The position numbers and the translations under genes are program-made. The notes beneath the pieces are model-generated. The model searched no databases. It saw only the letters and a list, made by a program, of their open reading frames with translations, and was not told where the DNA came from. Positions 9,423 to 19,444 of a stretch of DNA of 64,000 nucleotides are shown piece after piece (within the stretch, counting starts at the first letter, position 1; each line of letters opens with the position of its first letter). Origin of the DNA: an uncultured Thermus sp. (lineage in GTDB: Bacteria > Deinococcota > Deinococci > Deinococcales > Thermaceae); contig CAMTVD010000013.1 of NCBI GenBank assembly GCA_947085095.1, forward strand, positions 1 to 64,000, read 5' to 3'.

Positions 9423-10658
9423 CTACCTCCTGCCCGTGAGCCGGTCCAGGGCCACCTGGGCGTCCCTTAGGGCCTGGTCCACGGTCTTTTGGCCGGTGAT
9501 TACAGCCTGTAGGGCTTCGTTGATGGGCCGCATCCAGTCACCCCCAAAGCCCCGGAACTTGAAGGGGTGGACCGCACCCCCTTGGGCCGTGGACCCCTGG
9601 AAGACGATGCGGTTCAGCTCGGGCTCCTTGCCCGGGCGCTGGAAGTAGGGGTTGTTGGCCAGGGCCCTGCGGCTGGGGATGGCCAGGCCCCGTTCCAGGA
9701 CCCACTGCTGGGCCTCGGGGGAGGTGAGGGCCTTGAGGACTTTGGCCGCCGCCTCCTTGTTCCTGCTTTGGGCGTTCATGCTCCAGGAGACCGTGAAGAC
9801 GAAGTTACCCCGCCTCTTGGTCACCGGGTCCAGGGGGAGGAAGGTGGTGCCGTAGCGCAGGTTGGGGGCCTTGTCCCGGAGGAAGCCCGCGATCCAGGCT
9901 CCCTCTATGGCCGTGGCCGCCTTCTCCCCTCCAAAGCACCCTCCGGTCCAGCCCTCGCCCAGGTCCTGGGCGAACCGGGCGGCCCCCCGCTTCACCAGGC
10001 CGGTGTACCACTCAAAGGCCCGGCGGAAGTTCCCGTCCAAGAGGGTGTGCCCTTTCTCATCAAAGGGCTTCCACCCGGTGGCGAAGGCGAAGGCCCCGAA
10101 GCGGGCGAAGTCCGCTACCACGCAGAAGCCGGCTACGTCCTTTAGCTTGGCCTGAACTTCGCGGAGCTTGGCCTCAAAGGTTTCCCAGGTGTCCTGCTGG
10201 TTGGGGTATCTTACCCCTGCCTCGTCAAAGAGGTCCCTGTTGAACTGCAGGGCCAGGGTGTTGAAGTCCTTGGGGATGCCGTAAAGCTTGCCCTGGTAGG
10301 TGAACGCCTGGACCAGGTTGGGCAGAAACTCCCCCACCTCCTGCCTGGTGAAGTACCGGTCCAAGGGCTCCACCCTGCCGGTGGCGAAGAGGCTCTCCGA
10401 CCAGAAGATGTCCACATAGAAGAGGTCCGGAGCTGTGCCCGCGGACAGAGCGTTGAAGAGCCACTGGGTATAGTCGCCTTCTATCGGTTCGTAGATGACA
10501 CGGATTCCTTCTTTGTCTAACCTGGGTTGCACCACCTCCCGGAGAAGCCCGGTGACGATGGCGATATCGGGGCCGCCCCAGCCCGAGATGCGCACCTGGG
10601 TCTGGGCCAAGGCGGACAAGCCCAGAAGGACCAAAAAGGTTGCGAGAATTTTACGCAT
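9423..10658 (-). CDS. Sugar ABC transporter substrate-binding protein
   Basis: Signal peptide, AGTAPDLFYVD, GKLYGIPKDF, FNRDLFDEAG, C-terminal TVDQALRDAQ. Confidence 0.9.
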   Translation of the reverse strand: MRKILATFLVLLGLSALAQTQVRISGWGGPDIAIVTGLLREVVQPRLDKEGIRVIYEPIEGDYTQWLFNALSAGTAPDLFYVDIFWSESLFATGRVEPLDRYFTRQEVGEFLPNLVQAFTYQGKLYGIPKDFNTLALQFNRDLFDEAGVRYPNQQDTWETFEAKLREVQAKLKDVAGFCVVADFARFGAFAFATGWKPFDEKGHTLLDGNFRRAFEWYTGLVKRGAARFAQDLGEGWTGGCFGGEKAATAIEGAWIAGFLRDKAPNLRYGTTFLPLDPVTKRRGNFVFTVSWSMNAQSRNKEAAAKVLKALTSPEAQQWVLERGLAIPSRRALANNPYFQRPGKEPELNRIVFQGSTAQGGAVHPFKFRGFGGDWMRPINEALQAVITGQKTVDQALRDAQVALDRLTGRR

Positions 10659-10709
10659 GCTTTACCTCCAAACAACTTCCCAGAAGTTAATGCGCCCATT
10701 GCCTATGGC

Positions 10710-11702
10710 CTAGATTTTCTTTCCGGTTATCACCTCCTTTGGGGCCGTGGTCCCCCGCACCACCAAGTGCACGGGCACCCGTTTGGCCACGGGCGCCTCG
10801 CGTGCCATGGCCTTCTTGAGTAGCAGGACGGCCTCCTCGGCTATAGTGGGGATGTCTTGGTGGATAGTGGTGAGTTCCGGGCCCACCTCGGGTAGGTCAT
10901 CGTAGCCCACAAGGCTCACGTCCCAGGGTATGTGAAGCCCCAGGTCCTCGAGGGCGGCCTTGGCCCCTAGAGCCATCTCGTCTGAGGCGGCGAAAAGGGC
11001 TGTGAAGCGCAAGCCTCCTTCCCAGGTTCTGCGGACCACCCGGTAGGCGGTGAGGGGGTCAAAGCCGCCGTCCAGTACGAGTTCGGGCCTGAAGTCCAGG
11101 CCTCTTTCCTCGAGGGCCTTGCGGTAGCCCAGAAGGCGTTCCCGGCCCGCCTGGTGGTGGAGGTGGCCGGTGAGGTGGGCTACCTCGCGGTGCCCAAGTT
11201 CCAGGAGGTGCCGGGTGGCCTGGTAGCCACCGTCCACGTCGTCCGGGGCTACAGCGAACACTTCAGACTGGGCACCGATGAGCACAAAAGGCTTTCCTGC
11301 CTTTCGCAGGTGCTCCACCCTTGGATCGTGGTCATGGGCCCCTAGAAGCACGTACCCTAAGGTTTCTTCCTGGGGGAGACCTAAGGGGTCCGTGGGAACC
11401 TCTTTAACGCGCAAGCCTTCTTTGGCCAGGCTTTCGGAGAGGGCCTCGAGGAGCAGAGCAAAGTAGGGGGTGTAACGGCGGACTCCCGGGGCCAGGAGAA
11501 GGCCCACGGTGGTGGACACCCCGACAAGCTCTCGGGCGGCTGCGGAGGGGGTGAATCCCAAGCTGTTCGCCAGCTTCAAAATCCGTCTCCGGGTCTCTGG
11601 GTTCACACCTGGGCGGTTGTTGAGAGCTCGGCTAACAGTTCCTACGGAAACGTTAGCCAACTTAGCTATCTCTTTGATGGTATAACCTCTTTTCCGCGCC
11701 AT
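10710..11702 (-). CDS. LacI-family transcriptional regulator
   Basis: TIKEIAKLANVSVGTVSRALN HTH; DVSLVGYDD, LTTIHQD. Confidence 0.93.
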   Translation of the reverse strand: MARKRGYTIKEIAKLANVSVGTVSRALNNRPGVNPETRRRILKLANSLGFTPSAAARELVGVSTTVGLLLAPGVRRYTPYFALLLEALSESLAKEGLRVKEVPTDPLGLPQEETLGYVLLGAHDHDPRVEHLRKAGKPFVLIGAQSEVFAVAPDDVDGGYQATRHLLELGHREVAHLTGHLHHQAGRERLLGYRKALEERGLDFRPELVLDGGFDPLTAYRVVRRTWEGGLRFTALFAASDEMALGAKAALEDLGLHIPWDVSLVGYDDLPEVGPELTTIHQDIPTIAEEAVLLLKKAMAREAPVAKRVPVHLVVRGTTAPKEVITGKKI

Positions 11703-11748
11703 CGTAACCGTTTACGATCAGACTAACCTTCACCTGGCTTTCTGTCAA
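11701..11748 (-). promoter_or_regulatory. Promoter and LacI-type operator of the sugar operon
   Basis: TTGACA-17 nt-TAGTCT followed by palindrome ATCGTAA-ACGG-TTACGAT (central CG) overlapping the start codon. Confidence 0.75.
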
Positions 11749-11767
11749 GGGGCCCAATGCAAAACCA

Positions 11768-12043
11768 CGGTCCATCCCCACGTGCGTGGGGACTACTCTT
11801 AGAAGGTTATGGTAGTCTTTCCGACCCTGGTCCATCCCCACGTGCGTGGGGACTACGGAGGGGGACACGGTCATCTGGAACGGTATCCCCGGTCCATCCC
11901 CACGTGCGTGGGGACTACTGGCTCCAGGGGGACCCCAGCCTCGAGGGGGTCGGTCCATCCCCACACGCGTGGGGATGGACCGGAGACGAAGGCGGCCGGA
12001 AATGTCCATAGGGCGTAGTCCCCACACGCGTGGGGAAGGCAGC
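11768..12043. CRISPR. Small type I-E-like CRISPR array (5 repeat units, 4 spacers) with an internal orientation switch; no cas genes or leader in window
   Basis: Repeats at 11768-11796, 11828-11856, 11890-11918 read GTAGTCCCCACGCACGTGGGGATGGACC(G/A) on the minus strand; hybrid palindrome at 11951-11982; degenerate plus-strand repeat GTAGTCCCCACACGCGTGGGGAaggcagc at 12015-12043; spacers of 31, 33, 32, 32 nt. Confidence 0.93.
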
Positions 12044-12044
12044 T

Positions 12045-12075
12045 AAAGGGGCCGGGAAAATAGCTTCCCGACCCC
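12045..12075 (-). terminator. Intrinsic terminator after etfA
   Basis: Minus strand GGGGTCGGGAA-GCTATT-TTCCCGGCCCC-TTT. Confidence 0.65.
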
Positions 12076-12112
12076 TTCTAGCCCCCTCGAGCGGAGGGAT
12101 GAGCTACGCTCC

Positions 12113-13054
12113 TTAGTCCTTGAGCTTCTTCACCGCCTGGATCAGGGCGGGAAGGACCTGGTGCACGTCCCCCACGATGCCGTAATCGGCGTGCTTGAAG
12201 ATAGGGGCCTCGGGGTCCTTGTTGACGGCCACGATGTACTTGCTCTTGTTCATCCCCGCCAGGTGCTGCACCGCCCCGGAGACCCCCAGGGCGATGTAGA
12301 GGGCGGGCTGGACCGTTTTGCCCGTCTGGCCCACCTGCTCGCCATAAGGCCGCCAGCCGGCGTCCACCACCGCCCGGGTGGCGCCCACAGCACCCCCAAG
12401 GAGGGCCGCAAGCTCCTCCGCCCCCTTGAAGGCCTCGGCGCTCCCCATGCCGCGCCCCCCGGTGACCACCACGTTGGCCTCGGTGAGGGAGACCCCCTTC
12501 TTCTCCTCCGCTACCCTTTCCAGCACCTCCACCGTGGGCACCTCGGGCACCGCCAGGGGCACCACCTCCGCCGAGGCCTCCAGGGGCTCCGCCAGGGGGG
12601 TGGTGTTGGGCTTCACCGTGAGGACCACGGGGAGGGCCGCCTTCACCCTTTGCGTGACCCGGTTCAGGTAGGCGTAGCGGGTGGCGTGGACCTCGCTCCC
12701 TTCCAGGGAGGAGTCCAGGGTGTCCTCCAGAAGCCCCGCCTTGAGGGCGTAGGCCACCCGGCCCAGATAGGTCCGGCTCTGCCGGCTGGAGGGGGCCACC
12801 ACCGCCTTGGCCCCCATTTTGGCCGCCTCCAGCACAGCAACCGCCCACTTCTCGGCGGTGTAAGGACCCAAGGTGGCGGTGTAGAGGGTTTCCACGTACT
12901 TTCGGGCCTCCTCCAGGGGGGCCTTCTCCTCGGCCAGGAGCACCCCGACCGCCTTCTCCCCCAGGCCCTCAGCCAGCCTCCGGGCCCGGGTGAGGGCCTC
13001 GAGGCTCCCCTTGCGCAACTTGTTGCCGTCGTGGTCCAGAACTACGAGAACCAT
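12113..13054 (-). CDS. etfA: Electron transfer flavoprotein alpha subunit
   Basis: [42 protein letters not shown]. Confidence 0.96.
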   Translation of the reverse strand: MVLVVLDHDGNKLRKGSLEALTRARRLAEGLGEKAVGVLLAEEKAPLEEARKYVETLYTATLGPYTAEKWAVAVLEAAKMGAKAVVAPSSRQSRTYLGRVAYALKAGLLEDTLDSSLEGSEVHATRYAYLNRVTQRVKAALPVVLTVKPNTTPLAEPLEASAEVVPLAVPEVPTVEVLERVAEEKKGVSLTEANVVVTGGRGMGSAEAFKGAEELAALLGGAVGATRAVVDAGWRPYGEQVGQTGKTVQPALYIALGVSGAVQHLAGMNKSKYIVAVNKDPEAPIFKHADYGIVGDVHQVLPALIQAVKKLKD

Positions 13055-13063
13055 GTTGCCCTC

Positions 13064-13807
13064 CTAGATGACCTTGGCCTCTTCGTGAAGAAGCCGGACC
13101 AGCTCCTCCGCCGCCGCCACCGGGTCCTTGCCGTCCAGAATCCTGCCCAGGCGCTGCTTCTCCTGGATTTCTTCAGAAAGGAGCTCCACCCTTGCCCTCA
13201 CCTCCGCCTGCACCTTGCGGATCTCCTTCTTCTTAGCCTTCATGATCCCGGGCAGGGTGGGGTAGCGGGGCTCGTTGAGCCCCTGCTGGGTGGTGAAGAG
13301 GGCGGGAAGCCGCACCCGCACCCACTCGGCCCCCTCGTCCAGGTCGTGCTTGGCTTTGGCCGTATCCCCCTCCAGCTCTATGGCCGTGGTCCAGGCCACC
13401 ACCGGCACCCCAAGCCCCTCGGCCAGGGCCGCTCCCAGGGCCTGGCTGTCCCAGTCCGCCTGCTGCCCCCCGGTGAGGACCAGGGTGGGGGCCTCCTCTT
13501 TTAGCACGGGAACCAGGGCCTCGGCCACGGCCACGGGGTCGGCGAAGCCCTCAAAGACCACGTGCACTCCCCGGTCCATGCCCATGGCGAGGGCGGTGCG
13601 GATGGCCTCCTCGGCGCGCTCGGGGCCAAAGCCCACCACCACGGCTTCCCCCCCGTGCTTCTCCTTGAGGCGGAGGGCCTCCTCCACCGCATACTCGTCC
13701 ATCTGGTCCAGGATGAGGGTGGCCCCCGAGAGGTCCACCTTTCCCCCCTGGATCCTGAGCCGGCTTTCCCCGTCTGGAACCTGTCGGATCACCGCTACGA
13801 ACTTCAT
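13064..13807 (-). CDS. etfB: Electron transfer flavoprotein beta subunit
   Basis: IRQVPD, DEYAVEEALRLKE, ALAMG, NEPRYP..GIMKAKKK. Confidence 0.96.
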   Translation of the reverse strand: MKFVAVIRQVPDGESRLRIQGGKVDLSGATLILDQMDEYAVEEALRLKEKHGGEAVVVGFGPERAEEAIRTALAMGMDRGVHVVFEGFADPVAVAEALVPVLKEEAPTLVLTGGQQADWDSQALGAALAEGLGVPVVAWTTAIELEGDTAKAKHDLDEGAEWVRVRLPALFTTQQGLNEPRYPTLPGIMKAKKKEIRKVQAEVRARVELLSEEIQEKQRLGRILDGKDPVAAAEELVRLLHEEAKVI

Positions 13808-13819
13808 TCGCTACCTCCT

Positions 13820-14965
<1,146 letters not shown>

Positions 14966-15002
14966 GCCGCACCTCCTTGGGGAGGGCCAGGGGGCCACTC
15001 TC

Positions 15003-15017
15003 TTTGACCAAGTCTAA
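15003..15017. promoter_or_regulatory. Probable TetR-family (Thermus FadR-type) operator overlapping the -10 of the acyl-CoA dehydrogenase/etf promoter
   Basis: Pseudopalindrome TT(T)GAC-CAA-GTC(T)AA; overlaps TAGACT of TTGCCA-18 nt-TAGACT on the minus strand; resembles the FadR consensus as I recall it. Confidence 0.55.
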
Positions 15018-15070
15018 GATTTACCCCCCACCCCTGGCAACCCTGGCCCCCATGCTACCATTGGGGCAGG

Positions 15071-17965
15071 ATGCGGCCTGCAGGGCAGATGGAGGTTCTC
15101 GCCCGCTTTCAGCGAGCGCTTTTGAAGGACCTCGAGCCCACCCAGATCCTGAGAAACCTCCTGGAGGTGGCCACGGACGAGGGGGTGGAGCGGGCGGCCC
15201 TCTTCCTCTACCACCCCGGGACCCGGGAGCTTTTGGGGGAGGTGGCCTCGGGGCGGGGGCGGCACTACACCGTTTCCGCCATCGCCCTCCCCCTCTACCA
15301 GGAAGGTGTGGTGCAGCAGGCCTTCTTTAGCGAGGGGCCCCTCAGGCGCAAGGAGGAGTGGCTCCTCCCCGTGGTGGGGGAGGAGGAGCCCTTTTGTTGG
15401 GCCGACCCCGAGGAGCGGTGCACGGAAAGGCCCCGGGCCACCCGGGCCACCCGGGCCATGGTCTGCCCCTCCTGCCCCCGCTTCGCCGCCAAGGGGGTGC
15501 TGAGCCTCGAGGGCGTTCCCCAGGCTCTCGTCCCCCTCCTGCCCCTCCTGCCCCAGCTCACCGCCTTGGCCCTGAAGAACGCGGCCATCCTCAAGGAGCG
15601 GAACCAGGCCCTAAGCCGCCTTTCCCGCCACGCCGAGGCCCTCGCTCACGTGATGGCCCTCACCCGGGAGGTGGCCAAGGCCTTAGAGCCGGGGGCCGTC
15701 CTGGAAACCCTGGCCCGAGCCCTGGCGGAGCGCTTCGGCTTTTACCGGGTCACCGTGGCCCTGGTGCGGGGGGAGTTCTTGGAGGGGTACCTCACCGCGA
15801 AGGAGGGAAGGGTTTACTGGACCGAGGGGCGGAGCCAGGTCCGCCTGAGCCTGGCCTCCTCCCCCGACCCCATGGCCCGGGCGGCCCGGGAGAAGGTGAG
15901 CCTCCTCCTCCGCAAGGAGGCCCTGCCCCCTGGTGTGGCCCAGGAGGCGGGGCCCAACGTGGCCTACGTGCCCGTTCTGGCCGAAGAGAGGGTCTTGGGA
16001 GTCCTGGCCCTGGACCACGGCCCCGGGGGCCAGGCCATCCGCGAGGAGGACCTCCGCTACGTGGAGCTTTTAGCCCAGGCGGCGGGGGTGGCCTACCGCA
16101 ACGCCGAACTCTTCCGGGATAAAAAGGAGCTCTCCCTGGCCCTGGCCGCGGAGCGGGAGCGGCTTTCCCAGGTTTTGGAAGAGCTCCCGGATGGAGTGGT
16201 GGTCCTCTTTGGGGAGCGGGGCTTTGCCAACGGGAAGGCCCGGGAGGTCCTCTCCGTGGGGCCGGAGGTGGCCCTGGAGGACCTGCCCGCTGCCTTGGGG
16301 CCGGCCCTCGAGGGGGGGCGGTTGGAGCTGGCCATCGGGGGAAGCACCTTTAGCGTCCGGGGGCGGCGGGTGGGGGAGGCGGGGATCCTGGTCCTGCACG
16401 ATATCAGCGAGCGTACCCGCATGGAGCGGGCCTTGCGGGAGCAGGCGGCCTTCACCCAGGCTTTGGTGGACCTGGCGCAGGAGGCCCTGCGGCAACGGGA
16501 CCTTTCTGCCCTGGGGGAGGCCATCGTGGGCCGCCTCAGGACCCTGTTCCTCGCTGACGAGGGCCTCCTCCTTTCCGAAAACGGTGGGCGGGAAGAGGTC
16601 CTCTTCGCCACCTGCCCCATCCCCGCAGAACTTCCCTGGCCCAACCTCCTGGAGCGGGCCCTGGTCCAGGAAGCCCCCCTGGGGGTAGAGGTCTTGAGGC
16701 CCGAAGACTGCGCCTTGGCGGAGGGTCTGGGCCTCAAGAGCGCTTTGGCGGTGCCCTTTCGGGCGGAGGGGTTCCGTGGGGCCCTCTTTCTCGGGTACCG
16801 GAAGGAGCGCCGCTTCCCCGAAAGGCTTCTCGCCCGGATGCGTCAGGTGGGCACGCTCCTCGCCCTGGTCCTGGAGAAGGCCCGCTTCCTGGCCCTTCTG
16901 GAGTCCGAGGAGGCGAGGCTCAAGGCCCTTTTGGAGCACGCCCAGGATGTGGTCTACGTCCTGGATCAGGAGGGCATGGTCCGCTTCGTCTCAGAAAGCG
17001 TCCGCCACATCCTGGGTTACGACCCCGAAGGGTACAGGCGGGTGCCCACACAGGCTTTGGACTTTGTCCACCCTGAGGACCGGCCCAGGGCGGAGGCCCT
17101 CTTCCGGGAGCTTTTGACCCGGCCGGGGGAGGTGCGGGTGGCGGAGTTTAGGGTCCTCCACGCCGATGGCACCCCGGTTCCCGTGAGCGCCTGGGGACAG
17201 AACCTCCTCCAGGACTCCAGGGTGGGGGGGGTGGTGGTTACCCTACGGGACCTGAGGCCCCACCTGGAGGCGGAGAGGCTCAAGGGGGAGTTCATCGCCG
17301 CGGTGAGCCACGAACTCAGGACCCCCCTGGCCGTCATCATGGGCCTGGCGGAGCTCCTCAAGGAGGAGGACCTTTCCCCTTCCGCTCAGGAGTCCGTGGA
17401 GCTGATCCTGGAAAGCGCCTTCCGCCTCAAGACCATGGTGGACAACCTTCTGGACACGAGCCGCCTCGAGGCGGGCCGCTTTGAGGTGTCCAGGCGCCCG
17501 GTGGACCTCAGGCCCCTCCTCCTGGACCTGGCCCGGAGCTTCGGGGGGGTGGCCCGGCTTTCCGGGGTGGAGTTCCGCGTGGAGGTGAAGGAGCTTCCCC
17601 TTTTGCAGGCGGACCCGGAACGGCTGGTCCAGGTGGTGGGGAACCTCCTGGCCAACGCTTTTAAGTTCACCCCCCCGGGCGGGGAGGTGCGTCTAGCCAC
17701 CTTTTCCCATGGGGAGAACGTGGTTCTGGAGGTGGCGGACACCGGGCCCGGTATCCCGGAGGAAGAGCTTCCCAAGCTCTTCCAGCGCTTTGCCCGGGCG
17801 GAGAATGCCAGGGCCCGGGGGGTTTCCGGCACCGGGCTTGGCCTCTACATCTCCAAGCACATCGTGGAGGCCCACGGGGGGCGGATAGAGGTGGAGACCA
17901 AGGAGGGCCAGGGAAGCCGCTTCCGGGTTATCCTACCCCTATATGGCCCGCATCCTGTTGGTTGA
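15071..17965 (+). CDS. Cytoplasmic multi-sensor histidine kinase (GAF/PAS domains)
   Basis: VSHELRTPL H-box, NLLANAFKF, DTGPGI, GTGLGL; PAS FVHPEDR; no obvious TM helices. Alternative start 15089. Confidence 0.92.
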   Translation: MRPAGQMEVLARFQRALLKDLEPTQILRNLLEVATDEGVERAALFLYHPGTRELLGEVASGRGRHYTVSAIALPLYQEGVVQQAFFSEGPLRRKEEWLLPVVGEEEPFCWADPEERCTERPRATRATRAMVCPSCPRFAAKGVLSLEGVPQALVPLLPLLPQLTALALKNAAILKERNQALSRLSRHAEALAHVMALTREVAKALEPGAVLETLARALAERFGFYRVTVALVRGEFLEGYLTAKEGRVYWTEGRSQVRLSLASSPDPMARAAREKVSLLLRKEALPPGVAQEAGPNVAYVPVLAEERVLGVLALDHGPGGQAIREEDLRYVELLAQAAGVAYRNAELFRDKKELSLALAAERERLSQVLEELPDGVVVLFGERGFANGKAREVLSVGPEVALEDLPAALGPALEGGRLELAIGGSTFSVRGRRVGEAGILVLHDISERTRMERALREQAAFTQALVDLAQEALRQRDLSALGEAIVGRLRTLFLADEGLLLSENGGREEVLFATCPIPAELPWPNLLERALVQEAPLGVEVLRPEDCALAEGLGLKSALAVPFRAEGFRGALFLGYRKERRFPERLLARMRQVGTLLALVLEKARFLALLESEEARLKALLEHAQDVVYVLDQEGMVRFVSESVRHILGYDPEGYRRVPTQALDFVHPEDRPRAEALFRELLTRPGEVRVAEFRVLHADGTPVPVSAWGQNLLQDSRVGGVVVTLRDLRPHLEAERLKGEFIAAVSHELRTPLAVIMGLAELLKEEDLSPSAQESVELILESAFRLKTMVDNLLDTSRLEAGRFEVSRRPVDLRPLLLDLARSFGGVARLSGVEFRVEVKELPLLQADPERLVQVVGNLLANAFKFTPPGGEVRLATFSHGENVVLEVADTGPGIPEEELPKLFQRFARAENARARGVSGTGLGLYISKHIVEAHGGRIEVETKEGQGSRFRVILPLYGPHPVG

Positions 17966-18308
17966 GGACGAGCCCCTGGTGGCCCACATGGTCCGGCGCC
18001 TTCTGGAAAAGGCCGGGCATCAGGTGGACTGGGCTCCCTCGGGCCAGGCGGCCCTGGAAAAGCTGGGGCAAGCCTATGATCTTGTGGTCTGCGACCTGGT
18101 GATGCCGGGGGTTTCGGGCCTCGAGGTCATCCGCCAGGTGCGGGCCCAGGGGAGGACCCCCGTTTTGGCTCTTTCCGCTAGCGTCTCTGAGAAAAGCCGG
18201 GAGGAGGCCCTGGCTGCCGGGGCCCAGGCCTTTATGGGCAAGCCCTTTGAGGGTCAGGCCCTCCTCGCCCAGGTGAGCGGGCTCCTCCGGGAGGGGGATG
18301 GGGCATAG
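17943..18308 (+). CDS. Single-domain response regulator (CheY-like receiver)
   Basis: ILLVEDE, DLVVCDLVMPG, KPF; 121 aa, overlaps kinase stop. Confidence 0.92.
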   Translation: MARILLVEDEPLVAHMVRRLLEKAGHQVDWAPSGQAALEKLGQAYDLVVCDLVMPGVSGLEVIRQVRAQGRTPVLALSASVSEKSREEALAAGAQAFMGKPFEGQALLAQVSGLLREGDGA

Positions 18309-18367
18309 CCCTTTTGGGTTCGGGCGGCTGGGCGGGGTGGTAGAATCTAAGTTCCAAAGGAGGGCGT

Positions 18368-19444
18368 ATGCAAAGGCGGAGCTTCCTGAAGAAGGCAGGG
18401 GTGGGCTTGGGGATGAGCCTTTTCTATGGGGCCTATGCCCAGGCCACGCCCTCGGTGCGCTGGCGCCTGGTCTCCAGCTACCCCAAGAGTCTGGACACCC
18501 TCTACGGCGGGGCCGAGGACCTGGCCAACCGGGTGGCCGAGCTCACGGGAGGGCGCTTCCAGATCCGCCCCCACCAGGCGGGGGAGATCGTCCCCGGGGG
18601 GCAGGTGCTGGACGCAGTGCAGCAGGGGACGGTGGAAGCGGGGCACACCTACGGCCCCTTCTACATAGGCAAAAACCCGGCCATCGCCTTTGACGGGGGC
18701 GTGCCCTTCGGCCTGACCTACCGCCAGCACAACGCCTGGATGCGCTACGGCGGGGGCCTGGAGCTCCTCAGGGGCGTCTACGCCGACTTCGGCGTCCTCC
18801 AGTTCCCCGGGGGGAACACCGGGGCCCAGATGGGGGGCTGGTTCCGCAAGGAGATCAAGGCCCTCACCGATCTGAAGGGCCTCAGGATGCGGATCCCCGG
18901 CCTTGGGGGCGTGGTGATGGGGCGGCTTGGGGTGGTGCCCCAGACCCTGGCGGCGGGGGACATCTACCCGGCCCTGGAGCGGGGCACCCTTGACGCCACC
19001 GAGTTCTCCGGCCCCTATGACGACGAGAAGCTGGGCTTTTACAAGGTGGCCCGGTACTACTACTACCCCTCCTTCTGGGAGCCCTCCGCCCAGCTTTCCT
19101 TCCTGGTGAACCAAAGGGAGTGGGCCCGCCTGCCCAAGGAGTTCCAGGAGGCCTTCCAGGTGGCGGCCGCCGAGGTGAACCTCACCATGATGGCCAAGTA
19201 CGATGCGCAAAACCCCCAGGCCCTGGAGCGCCTCCTGAAGGCTGGGGTCAGGTTGAGGCGGTGGCCCCTGGAGATCATGAAAAAGGCCCTGGAGGAGGCC
19301 CGGGCCCTTTACGAGGAGCAGGCGGCCAAGGACCCCACCTACAGGCGGATCTACACCGCCTACTGGGCCTTCCGGCAGGAGCAGTACCGCTGGTTCGCCG
19401 TGGCCGAGTTGGGCTACGCCACCTTTGCTTTCCCCAGCCCCTAG
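18368..19444 (+). CDS. TRAP transporter substrate-binding protein (DctP/TakP-like), Tat-exported
   Basis: RRSFLKK Tat motif, GNTGAQMGGWFRKEI, GLRMRIPG, ALERGTLDA. Confidence 0.9.
   Translation: MQRRSFLKKAGVGLGMSLFYGAYAQATPSVRWRLVSSYPKSLDTLYGGAEDLANRVAELTGGRFQIRPHQAGEIVPGGQVLDAVQQGTVEAGHTYGPFYIGKNPAIAFDGGVPFGLTYRQHNAWMRYGGGLELLRGVYADFGVLQFPGGNTGAQMGGWFRKEIKALTDLKGLRMRIPGLGGVVMGRLGVVPQTLAAGDIYPALERGTLDATEFSGPYDDEKLGFYKVARYYYYPSFWEPSAQLSFLVNQREWARLPKEFQEAFQVAAAEVNLTMMAKYDAQNPQALERLLKAGVRLRRWPLEIMKKALEEARALYEEQAAKDPTYRRIYTAYWAFRQEQYRWFAVAELGYATFAFPSP

Noticed and set aside
11662..12046. Short ORFs over the CRISPR region
   Set aside because: They are translations of repeats and spacers (recurring PTHVGMD, PSPRAWG).
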